Shown here piece by piece: positions 36,701 to 54,700 of a DNA stretch of 64,000 nt (positions are counted from its first letter, which is position 1; every line of letters begins with the position of its first letter). The notes beneath the pieces were generated by a model. It worked only from the letters and a program-made list of their open reading frames with translations. It was not told where the DNA came from and did not search any database. The position numbers and the translations under genes were made by a program. The DNA is taken from positions 7,908-71,907 of the forward strand of contig CAXHJY010001110.1 of NCBI GenBank assembly GCA_964016885.1, given 5' to 3'. This stretch comes from Eledone cirrhosa (Eukaryota).

Positions 36701-39700
36701 TCTGGTATACTACATTAGACACTATCATCCAATATCGGACTTGCCAACCTCTGGTGTAATACATTAGACACTATCATCCAATATCGGACCTGCCAACCTC
36801 TGGTATACTACATTAGACACTATCATCCAATATCGGACTTGCCAACCTCTGGTGTAATACATTAGACACTATCATCCAATATCGGACCTGCCAACCTCTG
36901 GTGTAATACATTAGACACTATCATCCAATATCGGACTTGCCAACCTCTGGTGTAATACATTAGACACTATCATCCAATATCGGACCTGCCAACCTCTGGT
37001 ATACTACATTAGACACTATCATCCAATATCGGACTTGCCAACCTCTGGTATAATACATTAGACACTATCATCCAATATCGGACCTGCCAACCTCTGGTGT
37101 AATACATTAGACACTATCATCCAATATCGGACCTGCCAACCTCTGGTGTAATACATTAGACACTATCATCCAATATCGGACCTGCCAACCTCTGGTGTAA
37201 TACATTAGACACTATTATCCAATATCGGACCTGCCAACCTCTGGTATACTACATTAGACACTATCATCCAATATCGGACCTGCCAACCTCTGGTGTAATA
37301 CATTAGACACTATCATCCAATATCGGACCTGCCAACCTCTGGTATACTACATTAGACACTATCATCCAATATCGGACTTGCCAACCTCTGGTATAATACA
37401 TTAGACACTATCATCCAATATCGGACCTGCCAACCTCTGGTGTAATACATTAGACACTATCATCCAATATCGGACCTGCCAACCTCTGGTGTAATACATT
37501 AGACACTATCATCAAATATCGGACCTGCCAACCTCTGGTATATTACATTAGACACTATCATCCAATATCGGACCTGCCAACCTCTGGTGTAATACATTAG
37601 ACACTATCATCCAATATCGGACCTGCCAACCTCTGGTGTAATACATTAGACACTATCATCCAATATCGGACCTGCCAACCTCTGGTATACTACATTAGAC
37701 ACTATCATCCAATATCGGACTTGCCAACCTCTGGTATAATACATTAGACACTATCATCCAATATCGGACCTGCCAACCTCTGGTGTAATACATTAGACAC
37801 TATCATCCAATATCGGACCTGCCAACCTCTGGTGTAATACATTAGACACTATCATCCAATATCGGACTTGCCAACCTCTGGTGTAATACATTAGACACTA
37901 TCATCCAATATCGGACCTGTCAACCTCTGGTGTACTACATTAGACACTATCATCCAATATCGGACCTGCCAACCTCTGGTATACTACATTAGACACTATC
38001 ATCCAATATCGGACCTGCCAACCTCTGGTGTAATACATTAGACACTATCATCCAATATCGGACATGCCAACCTCTGGTATACTACATTAGACACTATCAT
38101 CCAATATCGGACCTGCCAACCTCTGGTATACTACATTAGACACTATCATCCAATATCGGACCTGCCAACCTCTGGTGTAATACATTAGACACTATCATCC
38201 AATATCGGACTTGCCAACCTCTGGTGTAATACATTAGACACTATCATCCAATATCGGACCTGTCAACCTCTGGTGTACTACATTAGACACTATCATCCAA
38301 TATCGGACCTGCCAACCACTGGTATACTACATTAGACACTATCATCCAATATCGGACCTGCCAACCTCTGGTGTAATACATTAGACACTATCATCCAATA
38401 TAGGACATGCCAACCTCTGGTATACTACATTAGACACTATCATCCAATATCGGACCTGCCAACCTCTGGTATACTACAATAGACACTATCATCCAATATC
38501 GGACCTGCCAACCTCTGGTATACTACATTAGACACTATCATCCAATATCGGACCTGCCAACCTCTGGTTTACTACATTAGACACTATCATCCAATATCGG
38601 ACCTGCCAACCTCTGGTGTAATACATTAGACACAATCATCGAATATCGGACCTGCCAACCTCTGGTGTAATACATTAGACACTATCATCCAATATCGGAC
38701 CTGCCAACCTCTGGTATACTACATTAGACACTATCATCCAATATCGGACCTGCCAACCTCTGGTATACTACATTAGACACTATCATCCAATATCGGACCT
38801 GCCAACCTCTGGTATACTACATTAGACACTATCATCCAATATCGGACCTGCCAACGTCTGGTATACTACAATAGACACTATCATCCAATATCGGACCTGC
38901 CAACCTCTGGTATACTACAATAGACACTATCATCCAATATCGGACCTGCCAACCTCTGGTGTAATACATTAGACACTATCATCCAATATCGGACCTGCCA
39001 ACCTCTGGTATACTACATTAGACACTATCATCCAATATCGTACCTGCCAACCTCTGGTATACTACATTAGACACTATCATCCAATATCGGACCTGCCAAC
39101 CTCTGGTATACTACATTAGACACTATCATCCAATATCGTACCTGCCAACCTCTGGTATACTACATTAGACACTATCATCCAATATCGGACCTGCCAACCT
39201 CTGGTATACTACATTAGACACTATCATCCAATATCGGACCTGTCAACCTCTGGTGTAATACATTAGACACTATCATCCAATATCGGACCTGCCAACCTCT
39301 GGTATACTACATTAGACACTATCATCCAATATCGGACCTGCCAACCTCTGGTGTAATACATTAGACACTATCATCCAATATCGGACCTGCCAACCTCTGG
39401 TGTAATACATTAGACACTATCATCCAATATCGGACCTGCCAACCTCTGGTGTAATACATTAGACACTATCATCCAATATCGGACCTGTCAACCTCTGCTA
39501 TACTACATTAGACACTATCATCCAATATCGGACCTGCCAACCTCTGGTATACTACATTAGACACTATCATCCAATATCGGACCTGCCAACCTCTGGTGTA
39601 ATACATTAGACACTATCATCCAATATCGGACCTGCCAACCTCTGGTGTAATACATTAGACACTATCATCCAATATCGGACCTGCCAACCTCTGGTGTAAT

Positions 39701-42700
39701 ACATTAGACACTATCATCCAATATCGGACTTGCCAACCTCTGGTGTAATACATTAGACACTATCATCCAATATCGGACTTGTCAACCTCTGGTATACTAC
39801 ATTAGACACTATCATCCAATATCGGACCTGCCAACCTCTGGTGTAATACATTAGAAACTATCATCCAATATCGGACCTGCCAACCTCTGGTATACTACAT
39901 TAGACACTATCATCCAATATCGGACCTGCCAACCTCTGGTATACTACAATAGACACTATCATCCAATATCGGACCTGCCAACCTCTGGTATACTACATTA
40001 GACACTATCATCCAATATCGGACCTGCCAACCTCTGGTATACTACAATAGACACTATCATCCAATATCGGACCTGTCAACCTCTGGTATACTACAATAGA
40101 CACTATCATCCAATATCGGACCTGTCAACCTCTGCTATACTACATTAGACACTATCATCCAATATCGGACCTGCCAACCTCTGGTATACTACATTAGACA
40201 CTATCATCCAATATCGGACCTGCCAACCTCTGGTGTAATACATTAGACACTATCATCCAATATCGGACCTGCCAACCTCTGGTGTAATACATTAGACACT
40301 ATCATCCAATATCGGACCTGCCAACCTCTGGTGTAATACATTAGACACTATCATCCAATATCGGACCTGCCAACCTCTGGTATACTACATTAGACACTAT
40401 CATCCAATATCGGACCTGCCAACCTCTGGTATACTACAATAGACACTATCATCCAATATCGGACCTGCCAACCTCTGGCATACTACATTAGATACTATCA
40501 TCCAATATCGGACCTGCCAACCTCTGGTATAATACATTAGACACTATCATCCAATATCGGACCTGCCAACCTCTGGTATACTACATTAGACACTATCATC
40601 CAATATCGGACCTGCCAACCTCTGGTATACTACATTAGACACTATCATCCAATATCGGACTTGCCAACCTCTGGTGTAATACATTAGACACTATCCTCCA
40701 ATATCGGACCTGCCAACCTCTGGTATACTACATTAGACACTATCATCCAATATCGGACCTGCCAACCTCTGGTGTAATACATTAGACACTATCATCCAAT
40801 ATCGGACCTGCCAACCTCTGGTGTAATACATTAGACACTATCATCCAATATCGGACCTGCCAACCTCTGGTGTAATACATTAGACACTATCATCCAATAT
40901 CGGACCTGCCAACCTCTGGTATACTACATTAGACACTATCATCCAATATCGGACCTGCCAACCTCTGATGTAATACATTAGACACTATCATCCAATATCG
41001 GACCTGCCAACCGCTGGTATACTACATTAGACACTATCATCCAATATCGGACCTGCCAACCTCTGGTATACTACATTAGACACTATCATCCAATATCGGA
41101 CCTGCCAACCTCTGGTATACTACATTAGACACTATCATCCAATATCGGACCTGCCAACCTCTGGTATACTACATTAGACACTATCATCCAATATCGGACC
41201 TGCCAACCTCTGGTATAATACATTAGACACTATCATCCAATATCGGACCTGCCAAACTCTGGTATACTACATTAGACACTATCATCCAATATCGGACCTG
41301 TCAACCTCTGCTATACTACATTAGACACTATCATCCAATATCGGACCTGCCAACCTCTGGTGTAATACATTAGACACTATCATCCAATATCGGACCTGCC
41401 AACCTCTGGTGTAATACATTAGACACTATCATCCAATATCGGACCTGCCAACCTCTGGTGTAATACATTAGACACTATCATCCAATATCGGACCTGCCAA
41501 CCTCTGGTGTAATACAATAGACACTATCATCCAATATCGGACCTGCCAACCTCTGGTATACTACATTAGACACTATCATCCAATATCGGACCTGCCAACC
41601 TCTGGTGTAATACATTAGACACTATCATCCAATATCGGACCTGCCAACCTCTGGTGTAATACAATAGACACTATCATCCAATATCGGACCTGCCAACCTC
41701 TGGTATACTACATTAGACACTATCATCCAATATCGGACCTGCCAACCTCTGGTATACTACAATAGACACTATCATCCAATATCGGACCTGCCAACCTCTG
41801 GTATACTACATTAGACACTATCATCCAATATCGGACCTGCCAACCTCTGGTATACTACATTAGACACTATCATCCAATATCGGACCTGCCAACCTCTGGT
41901 GAAATACATTAGACACTATCATCCAATATCGGACCTGCCAACCTCTGGTATACTACATTAGACACTATCATCCAATATCGGACCTGCCAACCTCTGGTGT
42001 AATACATTAGACACTATCATCCAATATCGGACCTGCCAACCTCTGGTGTAATACATCAGACACTATCATCCAATATCGGACTTGCCAACCTCTGGTGTAA
42101 TACATTAGACACTATCATCCAATATCGGACCTGTCAACCTCTGGTATACTACATTAGACACTATCATCCAATATCGGACCTGCCAACCTCTGGTGTAATA
42201 CATTAGACACTATCATCCAATATCGGACCTGCCAACCTCTGGTATACTACATTAGACACTATCATCCAATATCGGACCTGCCAACCTCTGGTATACTACA
42301 ATAGACACTATCATCCAATATCGGACCTGCCAACCTCTGGTGTAATACATTAGACACTATCATCCAATATCGGACCTGCCAACCTCTGGTGTAATACATT
42401 GGACACTATCATCCAATATCGGACTTGCCAACCTCTGGTGTAATACATTAGACACTATCATCCAATATCGGACCTGCCAACCTCTGGTATACTACATTAG
42501 ACACTATCATCCAATATCGGACCTGCCAAGCTCTGGTGTAATAGATTAGACACTATCATCCAATATCGGACCTGCCAACCTCTGGTATAATACATTAGAC
42601 ACTATCATCCAATATCGGACCTGCCAACCTCTGGTGTAATACATTAGACACTATCATCCAATATCGGACTTGCCAACCTCTGGTGTAATACATTAGACAC

Positions 42701-45700
42701 GATCATCCAATATCGGACCTGCCAACCTCTGGTATACTACATTAGACACTATCATCCAATATCGGACTTGCCAACCTCTGGTGTAATACATTAGACACTA
42801 TCATCCAATATCGGACCTGCCAACCTCTGGTATAATACATTACACACTATCATCCAATATCGGACTTGCCAACCTCTGGTGTAATACATTAGACACTATC
42901 ATCCAATATCGGACCTGCCAACCTCTGGTATACTACATTAGACACTATCATCCAATATCGGACCTGCCAACCTCTGGTGTAATACATTAGACACTATCAT
43001 CCAATATCGGACCTGCCAACCTCTGGTGTAATACATTAGACACTATCATCCAATATCGGACCTGCCAACCTCTGGTATACTACATTAGACACTATCATCC
43101 AATATCGTACCTGCCAACCTCTGGTATACTACATTAGACACTATCATCCAATATCGGACCTGCCAACCTCTGGTGTAATACATTAGACACTATCATCCAA
43201 TATCGGACCTGCCAACCTCTGGTGTAATACATTAGACACTATCATCCAATATCGGACCTGCCAACCTCTGGTATACTACATTAGACACTATCATCCAATA
43301 TCGGACCTGCCAACCTCTGGTGTAATACATTAGACACTATCATCCAATATCGGACCTGCCAACCGCTGGTATACAATATTAGACACTATCATCCAATATC
43401 GGACCTGCCAACCTCTGGTATACTACATTAGACACTATCATCCAATATCGGACCTGCCAACCTCTGGTATACTACATTAGACACTATCATCCAATATCGG
43501 ACCTGCCAACCTCTGGTATACTACATTAGACACTATCATCCAATATCGGACCTGCCAACCTCTGGTGTAATACATTAGACACTATCATCCAATATCGGAC
43601 CTGCCAACCTCTGGTGTAATACATTAGACACTATCATCCAATATCGGACCTGCCAACCTCTGGTGTAATACATTAGACACTATCATCCAATATCGGACCT
43701 GCCAACGTCTGGTATACTACATTAGACACTATCATCCAATATCGGACCTGCCAACCTCTGGTATACTACAATAGACACTATCATCCAATATCGGACCTGC
43801 CAACCTCTGGTATACTACATTAGACACTATCATCCAATATCGGACCTGCCAACCTGTGGTATACTACATTAGACACTATCATCCAATATCGGACCTGCCA
43901 ACCTCTGGTATACTACATTAGACACTATCATCCAATATCGGACCTGCCAACCTCTGGTGTAATACATTAGACACTATCATCCAATATCGGACCTGCCAAC
44001 CTCTGGTATACTACATTAGACACTATCATCCAATATCGGACCTGCCAACCTCTGGTGTAATACATTAGACACTATCATCCAATATCGGACCTGCCAACCT
44101 CTGGTATACTACATTAGACACTATCATCCAATATCGGACCTGCCAACCTCTGGTATACTACATTAGACACTATCATCCAATATCGGACCTGCCAACCTCT
44201 GGAATACTACACTAGACACTATCATGCAATATCGGACCTGCCAACCTCTGGTGTAATACATTAGACGCTATAATCCAATATCGGACCTGCCAACCTCTGG
44301 TATACTACATTAGACACTATCATCCAATATCGGACCTGCCAACCTCTGGTATACTACATTAGACACTATCATCCAATATCGGACCTGCCAACCTCTGGTA
44401 TACTACATTAGACACTATTATCCACTATCGGACCTGCCAACCTCTGGTATAATACATTAGACACTATCATCCAATATCGGACCTGCCAACCTCTGGTATA
44501 CTACATTAGACACTATCATCCAATATCGGACCTGTCAACCTCTGCTATACTACATTAGACACTATCATCCAATATCGGACCTGCCAACCTCTGGTGTAAT
44601 ACATTAGACACTATCATCCAATATCGGACCTGCCAACCTCTGGTGTAATACAATAGACACTATCATCCAATATCGGACCTGCCAAACTCTGGTATACTAC
44701 ATTAGACACTATCATCCAATATCGGACCTGCCAACCTCTGGTGTAATACATTAGACACTATCATCCAATATCGGACCTGCCAACCTCTGGTGTAATACAA
44801 TAGACACTATCATCCAATATCGGACATGCCAACCTCTGGTATACTACATTAGACACTATCATCCAATATCGGACCTGCCAACCTCTGGTATACTACAATA
44901 GACACTATCATCCAATATCGGACCTGCCAACCTCTGGTATACTACATTAGACACTATCATCCAATATCGGACCTGCCAACCTCTGGTATACTACATTAGA
45001 CACTATCATCCAATATCGGACCTGCCAACCTCTGGTGAAATACATTAGACACTATCATCCAATATCGGACCTGCCAACCTCTGGTATACTACATTAGACA
45101 CTATCATCCAATATCGGACCTGCCAACCTCTGGTGTAATACATTAGACACTATCATCCAATATCGGACCTACCAACCTCTGGTGTAATACATTAGACACT
45201 ATCATCCAATATCGGACTTGCCAACCTCTGGTGTAATACATTAGACACTATCATCCAATATCGGACCTGTCAACCTCTGGTATACTACATTAGACACTAT
45301 CATCCAATATCGGACCTGCCAACCTCTGGTGTAATACATTAGACACTATCATCCAATATCGGACCTGCCAACCTCTGGTATACTACATTAGACACTATCA
45401 TCCAATATCGGACCTGCCAACCTCTGGTATACTACAATAGACACTATCATCCAATATCGGACCTGCCAACCTCTGGTGTAATACATTAGACACTATCATC
45501 CAATATCGGACCTGCCAACCTCTGGTGTAATACATTAGACACTATCATCCAATATCGGACTTGCCAACCTCTGGTGTAATACATTAGACACTATCATCCA
45601 ATATCGGACCTGCCAACCTCTGGTATACTACATTAGACACTATCATCCAATATCGGACCTGCCAAGCTCTGGTGTAATACATTAGACACTATCATCCAAT

Positions 45701-48700
45701 ATCGGACCTGCCAACCTCTGGTATAATACATTAGACACTATCATCCAATATCGGACCTGCCAACCTCTGGTGTAATACATTAGACACTATCATCCAATAT
45801 CGGACTTGCCAACCTCTGGTGTAATACATTAGACACGATCATCCAATATCGGACCTGCCAACCTCTGGTATACTACATTAGACACTATCATCCAATATCG
45901 GACTTGCCAACCTCTGGTGTAATACATTAGACACTATCATCCAATATCGGACCTGCCAACCTCTGGTATAATACATTAGACACTATCATCCAATATCGGA
46001 CTTGCCAACCTCTGGTGTAATACATTAGACACTATCATCCAATATCGGACCTGCCAACCTCTGGTATACTACATTAGACACTATCATCCAATATCGGACC
46101 TGCCAACCTCTGGTGTAATACATTAGACACTATCATCCAATATCGGACCTGCCAACCTCTGGTGTAATACATTAGACACTATCATCCAATATCGGACCTG
46201 CCAACCTCTGGTATACTACATTAGACACTATCATCCAATATCGTACCTGCCAACCTCTGGTATACTACATTAGACACTATCATCCAATATCGGACCTGCA
46301 ACCTCTGGTGTAATACATTAGACACTATCATCCAATATCGGACCTGCCAACCTCTGGTATACTACATTAGACACTATCATCCAATATCGGACCTGCCAAC
46401 CTCTGGTGTAATACATTAGACACTATCATCCAATATCGGACCTGCCAACCGCTGGTATACTACATTAGACACTATCATCCAATATCGGACCTGCCAACCT
46501 CTGGTGTAATACATTAGACACTATCATCCAATATCGGACCTGCCAACCTCTGGTGTAATACATTAGACACTATCATCCAATATCGGACTTGCCAACCTCT
46601 GGTGTAATACATTAGACACTATCATCCAATATCGGACCTGCCAACCTCTGGTATACTACATTAGACACTATCATCCAATATCGGACCTGCCAAGCTCTGG
46701 TGTAATACATTAGACACTATCATCCAATATCGGACCTGCCAACCTCTGGTATAATACATTAGACACTATCATCCAATATCGGACCTGCCAACCTCTGGTG
46801 TAATACATTAGACACTATCATCCAATATCGGACTTGCCAACCTCTGGTATACTACATTAGACACTATCATCCAATATCGGACTTGCCAACCTCTGGTGTA
46901 ATACATTAGACACTATCATCCAATATCGGACCTGCCAACCTCTGGTATAATACATTAGACACTATCATCCAATATCGGACTTGCCAACCTCTGGTGTAAT
47001 ACATTAGACACTATCATCCAATATCGGACCTGCCAACCTCTGGTATACTACATTAGACACTATCATCCAATATCGGACCTGCCAACCTCTGGTGTAATAC
47101 ATTAGACACTATCATCCAATATCGGACCTGCCAACCTCTGGTGTAATACATTAGACACTATCATCCAATATCGGACCTGCCAACCTCTGGTATACTACAT
47201 TAGACACTATCATCCAATATCGGACCTGCCAACCTCTGGTATACTACATTAGACACTATCATCCAATATCGTACCTGCCAACCTCTGGTATACTACATTA
47301 GACACTATCATCCAATATCGGACCTGCAACCTCTGGTGTAATACATTAGACACTATCATCCAATATCGGACCTGCCAACCTCTGGTATACTACATTAGAC
47401 ACTATCATCCAATATCGGACCTGCCAACCTCTGGTGTAAGACATTAGACACTATCATCCAATATCGGACCTGCCAACCGCTGGTATACTACATTAGACAC
47501 TATCATCCAATATCGGACCTGCCAACCTCTGGTATACTACATTAGACACTATCATCCAATATCGGACCTGCCAACCTCTGGTATACTACATTAGACACTA
47601 TCATCCAATATCGGACCTGCCAACCTCTGGTATACTACATTAGACACTATCATCCAATATCGGACCTGCCAACCTCTGGTGTAATACATTAGACACTATC
47701 ATCCAATATCGGACCTGCCAACCTCTGGTGTAATACATTAGACACTATCATCCAATATCGGACCTGGCAACCTCTGGTGTAATACATTAGACACTATCAT
47801 CCAATATCGGACCTGCCAACGTCTGGTATACTACATTAGACACTATCATCCAATATCGGACCTGCCAACCTCTGGTATACTACAATAGACACTATCATCC
47901 AATATCGGACCTGCCAACCTCTGGTATACTACATTAGACACTATCATCCAATATCGGACCTGCCAACCTCTGGTATACTACATTAGACACTATCATCCAA
48001 TATCGGACCTGCCAACCTCTGGTATACTACATTAGACACTATCATCCAATATCGGACCTGCCAACCTCTGGTGTAATACATTAGACACTATCATCCAATA
48101 TCGGACCTGCCAACCTCTGGTATACTACATTAGACACTATCATCCAATATCGGACCTGCCAACCTCTGGTGTAATACATTAGACACTATCATCCAATATC
48201 GGACCTGCCAACCTCTGGTATACTACATTAGACACTATCATCCAATATCGGACCTGCCAACCTCTGGTATACTACATTAGACACTATCATCCAATATCGG
48301 ACCTGCCAACCTCTGGAATACTACACTAGACACTATCATGCAATATCGGACCTGCCAACCTCTGGTGTAATACATTAGACGCTATAATCCAATATCGGAC
48401 CTGCCAACCTCTGGTATACTACATTAGACACTATCATCCAATATCGGACCTGCCAACCTCTGGTATACTACATTAGACACTATCATCCAATATCGGACCT
48501 GCCAACCTCTGGTATACTACATTAGACACTATCATCCAATATCGGACCTGCCAACCTCTGGTATAATACATTAGACACTATCATCCAATATCGGACCTGC
48601 CAACCTCTGGTATACTACATTAGACACTATCATCCAATATCGGACCTGTCAACCTCTGCTATACTACATTAGACACTATCATCCAATATCGGACCTGCCA

Positions 48701-51700
48701 ACCTCTGGTGTAATACATTAGACACTATCATCCAATATCGGACCTGCCAACCTCTGGTGTAATACATTAGACACTATCATCCAATATCGGACCTGCCAAC
48801 CTCTGGTATACTACATTAGACACTATCATCCAATATCGGACCTGCCAACCTCTGGTATACTACATTAGACACTATCATCCAATATCGGACCTGCCAACCT
48901 CTGGTATACTACATTAGACACTATCATCCAATATCGGACCTGCCAACCTCTGGTATAATACATTAGACACTATCATCCAATATCGGACCTGCCAAACTCT
49001 GGTATACTACATTAGACACTATCATCCAATATCGGACCTGCCAACCTCTGGTGTAATACATTAGACACTATCATCCAATATCGGACCTGCCAACCTCTGG
49101 TGTAATACATTAGACACTATCATCCAATATCGGACCTGTCAACCTCTGCTATACTACATTAGACACTATCATCCAATATCGGACCTGCCAACCTCTGGTA
49201 TACTACATTAGACACTATCATCCAATATCGGACCTGCCAACCTCTGGTGTAATACAATAGACACTATCATCCAATATCGGACCTGCCAACCTCTGGTATA
49301 CTACATTAGACACTATCATCCAATATCGGACCTGCCAACCTCTGGTGTAATACATTAGACACTATCATCCAATATCGTACCTGCCAACCTCTGGTGTAAT
49401 ACAATAGACACTATCATCCAATATCGGACCTGCCAACCTCTGGTATACTACATTAGACACTATCATCCAATATCGGACCTGCCAACCTCTGGTATACTAC
49501 AATAGACACTATCATCCAATATCGGACCTGCCAACCTCTGGTATACTACATTAGACACTATCATCCAATATCGGACCTGCCAACCTCTGGTATACTACAT
49601 TAGACACTATCATCCAATATCGGACCTGCCAACCTCTGGTGAAATACATTAGACACTATCATCCAATATCGGACCTGCCACCTCTGGTATACTACATTAG
49701 ACACTATCATCCAATATCGGACCTGCCAACCTCTGGTGTAATACATTAGACACTATCATCCAATATCGGACCTGCGAACCTCTGGTGTAATACATTAGAC
49801 ACTATCATCCAATATCGGACCTGTCAACCTCTGGTATACTACATTAGACACTATCATCCAATATCGGACCTGCCAACCTCTGGTGTAATACATTAGACAC
49901 TATCATCCAATATCGGACCTGCCAACCTCTGGTATACTACATTAGACACTATCATCCAATATCGGACCTGCCAACCTCTGGTATACTACAATAGACACTA
50001 TCATCCAATATCGGACCTGCCAACCTCTGGTGTAATACATTAGACACTATCATCCAATATCGGACCTGCCAACCTCTGGTGTAATACATTAGACACTATC
50101 ATCCAATATCGGACTTGCCAACCTCTGGTGTAATACATTAGACACTATCATCCAATATCGGACCTGCCAACCTCTGGTATACTACATTAGACACTATCAT
50201 CCAATATCGGACCTGCCAAGCTCTGGTGTAATACATTAGACACTATCATCCAATATCGGACCTGCCAACCTCTGGTATAATACATTAGACACTATCATCC
50301 AATATCGGACCTGCCAACCTCTGGTGTAATACATTAGACACTATCATCCAATATCGGACTTGCCAACCTCTGGTGTAATACATTAGACACGATCATCCAA
50401 TATCGGACCTGCCAACCTCTGGTATACTACATTAGACACTATCATCCAATATCGGACTTGCCAACCTCTGGTGTAATACATTAGACACTATCATCCAATA
50501 TCGGACTTGCCAACCTCTGGTGTAATACATTAGACACTATCATCCAATATCGGACCTGCCAACCTCTGGTATACTACATTAGACACTATCATCCAATATC
50601 GGACCTGCCAACCTCTGGTGTAATACATTAGACACTATCATCCAATATCGGACCTGCCAACCTCTGGTGTAATACATTAGACACTATCATCCAATATCGG
50701 ACCTGCCAACCTCTGGTATACTACATTAGACACTATCATCCAATATCGGACCTGCCAACCTCTGGTATACTACATTAGACACTATCATCCAATATCGGAC
50801 CTGCCAACCTCTGGTGTAATACATTAGACACTATCATCCAATATCGGACCTGCCAACCTCTGGTGTAATACATTAGACACTATCATCCAATATCGGACCT
50901 GCCAACCTCTGGTATACTACATTAGACACTATCATCCAATATCGGACCTGTCAACCTCTGGTGTAATACATTAGACACTATCATCCAATATCGGACCTGC
51001 CAACCTCTGGTATACTACATTAGACACTATCATCCAATATCGGACCTGCCAACCTCTGGTGTAATACATTAGACACTATCATCCAATATCGGACCTGCCA
51101 ACCTCTGGTGTAATACATTAGACACTATCATCCAATATCGGACCTGCCAACCTCTGGTGTAATACATGAGACACTATCATCCAATATCGGACCTGTCAAC
51201 CTCTGCTATACTACATTAGACACTATCATCCAATATCGGACCTGCCAACCTCTGGTATACTACATTAGACACTATCATCCAATATCGGACCTGCCAACCT
51301 CTGGTGTAATACATTAGACACTATCATCCAATATCGGACCTGCCAACCTCTGGTGTAATACATTAGACACTATCATCCAATACCGGACCTGCCAACCTCT
51401 GGTGTAATACATTAGACACTATCATCCAATATCGTACCTGCCAACCTCTGGTATACTACATTAGACACTATCATCCAATATCGGACCTGCGAACCTCTGG
51501 TATAATACATTAGACACTATCATCCAATATCGGACCTGCCAACCTCTGGTATACTACATTAGACACTATCATCCAATATCGGACCTGCCAACCTCTGGTA
51601 TAATACATTAGACACTATCATCCAATATCGGACTTGCCAACCTCTGTTATACTACATTAGACACTATCATCCAATATCGGACCTGCCAACCTCTGGTGTA

Positions 51701-54700
51701 ATACATTAGACACTATCATCCAATATCGGACCTGCCAACCTCTGGTATAATACATTAGACACTATCATCCAATATCGGACCTGCCAACCTCTGGTATACT
51801 ACATTAGACACTATCATCCAATATCGGACCTGCGAACCTCTGGTATAATACATTAGACACTATCATCCAATATCGGACCTGCCAACCTCTGGTATACTAC
51901 ATTAGACACTATCATCCAATATCGGACCTGCCAACCTCTGGTATAATACATTAGACACTATCATCCAATATCGGACTTGCCAACCTCTGGTATACTACAT
52001 TAGACACTATCATCCAATATCGGACCTGCCAACCTCTGGTGTAATACATTAGACACTATCATCCAATATCGGACCTGCCAACCTCTGGTGTAATACATTA
52101 GACACTATCATCCAATATCGGACTTGCCAACCTCTGGTGTAATACATTAGACACTATCATCCAATATCGGACCTGCCAACCTCTGGTATACTACAATAGA
52201 CACTATCATCCAATATCGGACCTGCCAACCTCTGGTATACTACATTAGACACTATCATCCAATATCGGACCTGTCAACCTCTGCTATACTACATTAGACA
52301 CTATCATCCAATATCGGACCTGCCAACCTCTGGTGTAATACATTAGACACTATCATCCAATATCGGACCTGCCAACCTCTGGTGTAATACATTAGACACT
52401 ATCATCCAATATCGGACCTGCCAACCTCTGGTATACTACATTAGACACTATCATCCAATATCGGACCTGCCAACCTCTGGTATACTACATTAGACACTAT
52501 CATCCAATATCGGACCTGCCAACCTCCGGTGTAATACATTAGACACTATCATCCAATATCGGACCTGCCAACCTCTGGTGTAATACATTAGACACTATCA
52601 TCCAATATCGGACCTGCCAACCTCTGGTATACTACATTAGACACTATCATCCAATATCGGACCTGCCAACCTCTGGTATACTACATTAGACACTATCATC
52701 CAATATCGGACCTGCCAACCTCTGGTATACTACATTAGACACTATCATCCAATATCGTACCTGCCAACCTCTGGTGTAATACATTAGACACTATCATCCA
52801 ATATCGGACCTGCCAACCTCTGGTATACTACATTAGACACTATCATCCAATATCGGACCTGCCAACCTCTGGTGTAATACATTAGACACTATCATCCAAT
52901 ATCGGACTTGCCAATCTCTGGTGTAATACATTACACACTATCATCCAATATCGGACCTGCCAACCTCTGGTGTAATACATTAGACACTATCATCCAATAT
53001 CGGACCTGCCAACCTCTGGTCTACTACATTAGACACTATCATCCAATATCGGACTTGCCAACCTCTGGTGTAATACATTAGACACTATCATCCAATATCG
53101 GACCTGCCAACCTCTGGTGTAATACATTAGACACTATCATCCAATATCGGACCTGCCAACCTCTGGTGTAATACATTAGACACTATCATCCAATATCGGA
53201 CTTGCCAATCTCTGGTGTAATACATTAGACACTATCATCCAATATCGGACCTGCCAACCTCTGGTATACTACATTAGACACTATCATCCAATATCGGACT
53301 TGCCAACCTCTGGTGTAATACATTAGACACTATCATCCAATATCGGACCTGCCAACCTCTGGTGTAATACATTAGACACTATCATCCAATATCGGACTTG
53401 CCAACCTCTGGTGTAATACATTAGACACTATCATCCAATATCGGACTTGTCAACCTCTGGTATACTACATTAGACACTATCATCCAATATCGGACCTGCC
53501 AACCTCTGGTGTAATACATTAGACACTATCATCCAATATCGGACCTGCCAACCTCTGGTATACTACATTAGACACTATCATCCAATATCGGACCTGCCCA
53601 CCTCTGGTATACTACGATAGACACTATCATCCAATATCGGACCTGCCAACCTCTGGTATACTACATTAGACACTATCATCCAATATCGGACCTGCCAACC
53701 TCTGGTATACTACATTAGACACTATCATCCAATATCGGACCTGCCAACCTCTGGTGTAATACATTAGACACTATCATCCAATATCGGACCTGCCAACCTC
53801 TGGTGTAATACATTAGACACTATCATCCAATATCGGACCTGCCAACCTCTGGTATACTACATTAGACACTATCATCCAATATCGGACCTGCCAACCTCTG
53901 GTATACTACAATAGACACTATCATCCAATATCGGACCTGCCAAACTCTGGTATACTACATTAGACACTATCATCCAATATCGGACCTGCCATCCTCTGGT
54001 ATACTACATTAGACACTATCATCCAATATCGGACCTGCCAACCTCTGGTGTAATACATTAGACACTATCATCCAATATCGGACCTGCCAACCTCTGGTGT
54101 AATACATTAGACACTATCATCCAATATCGGACCCGCCAACCTCTGGTGTAATACATTAGACACTATCATCCAATATCGGACCTGCCAACCTCTGGTATAC
54201 TACATTAGACACTATCATCCAATATCGGACCTGCCAACCTCTGGTATACTACAATAGACACTATCATCCAATATCGGACCTGCCAACCTCTGGTATACTA
54301 TATTAGACACTATCATCCAATATCGGACCTCCCAACCTCTGGTATACTATATTAGACACTATCATCCAATATCGGACCTGCCAACCTCTGGTGTAATACA
54401 TTAGACACTATCATCCAATATCGGACCTGCCAACCTCTGGTATACTACATTAGACACTATCATCCAATATCGGACCTGCCAACCTCTGGTATACTACATT
54501 AGACACTATCATCCAATATCGGACCTGCCAACCTCTGGTATACTACATTAGACACTATCATCCAATATCGGACCTGCCAACCTCTGGTGTAATACATTAG
54601 ACACTATCATCCAATATCGGACCTGCCAACCTCTGGTATACTACATTAGACACTATCATCCAATATCGGACCTGCCAACCTCTGGTATACTACATTAGAC

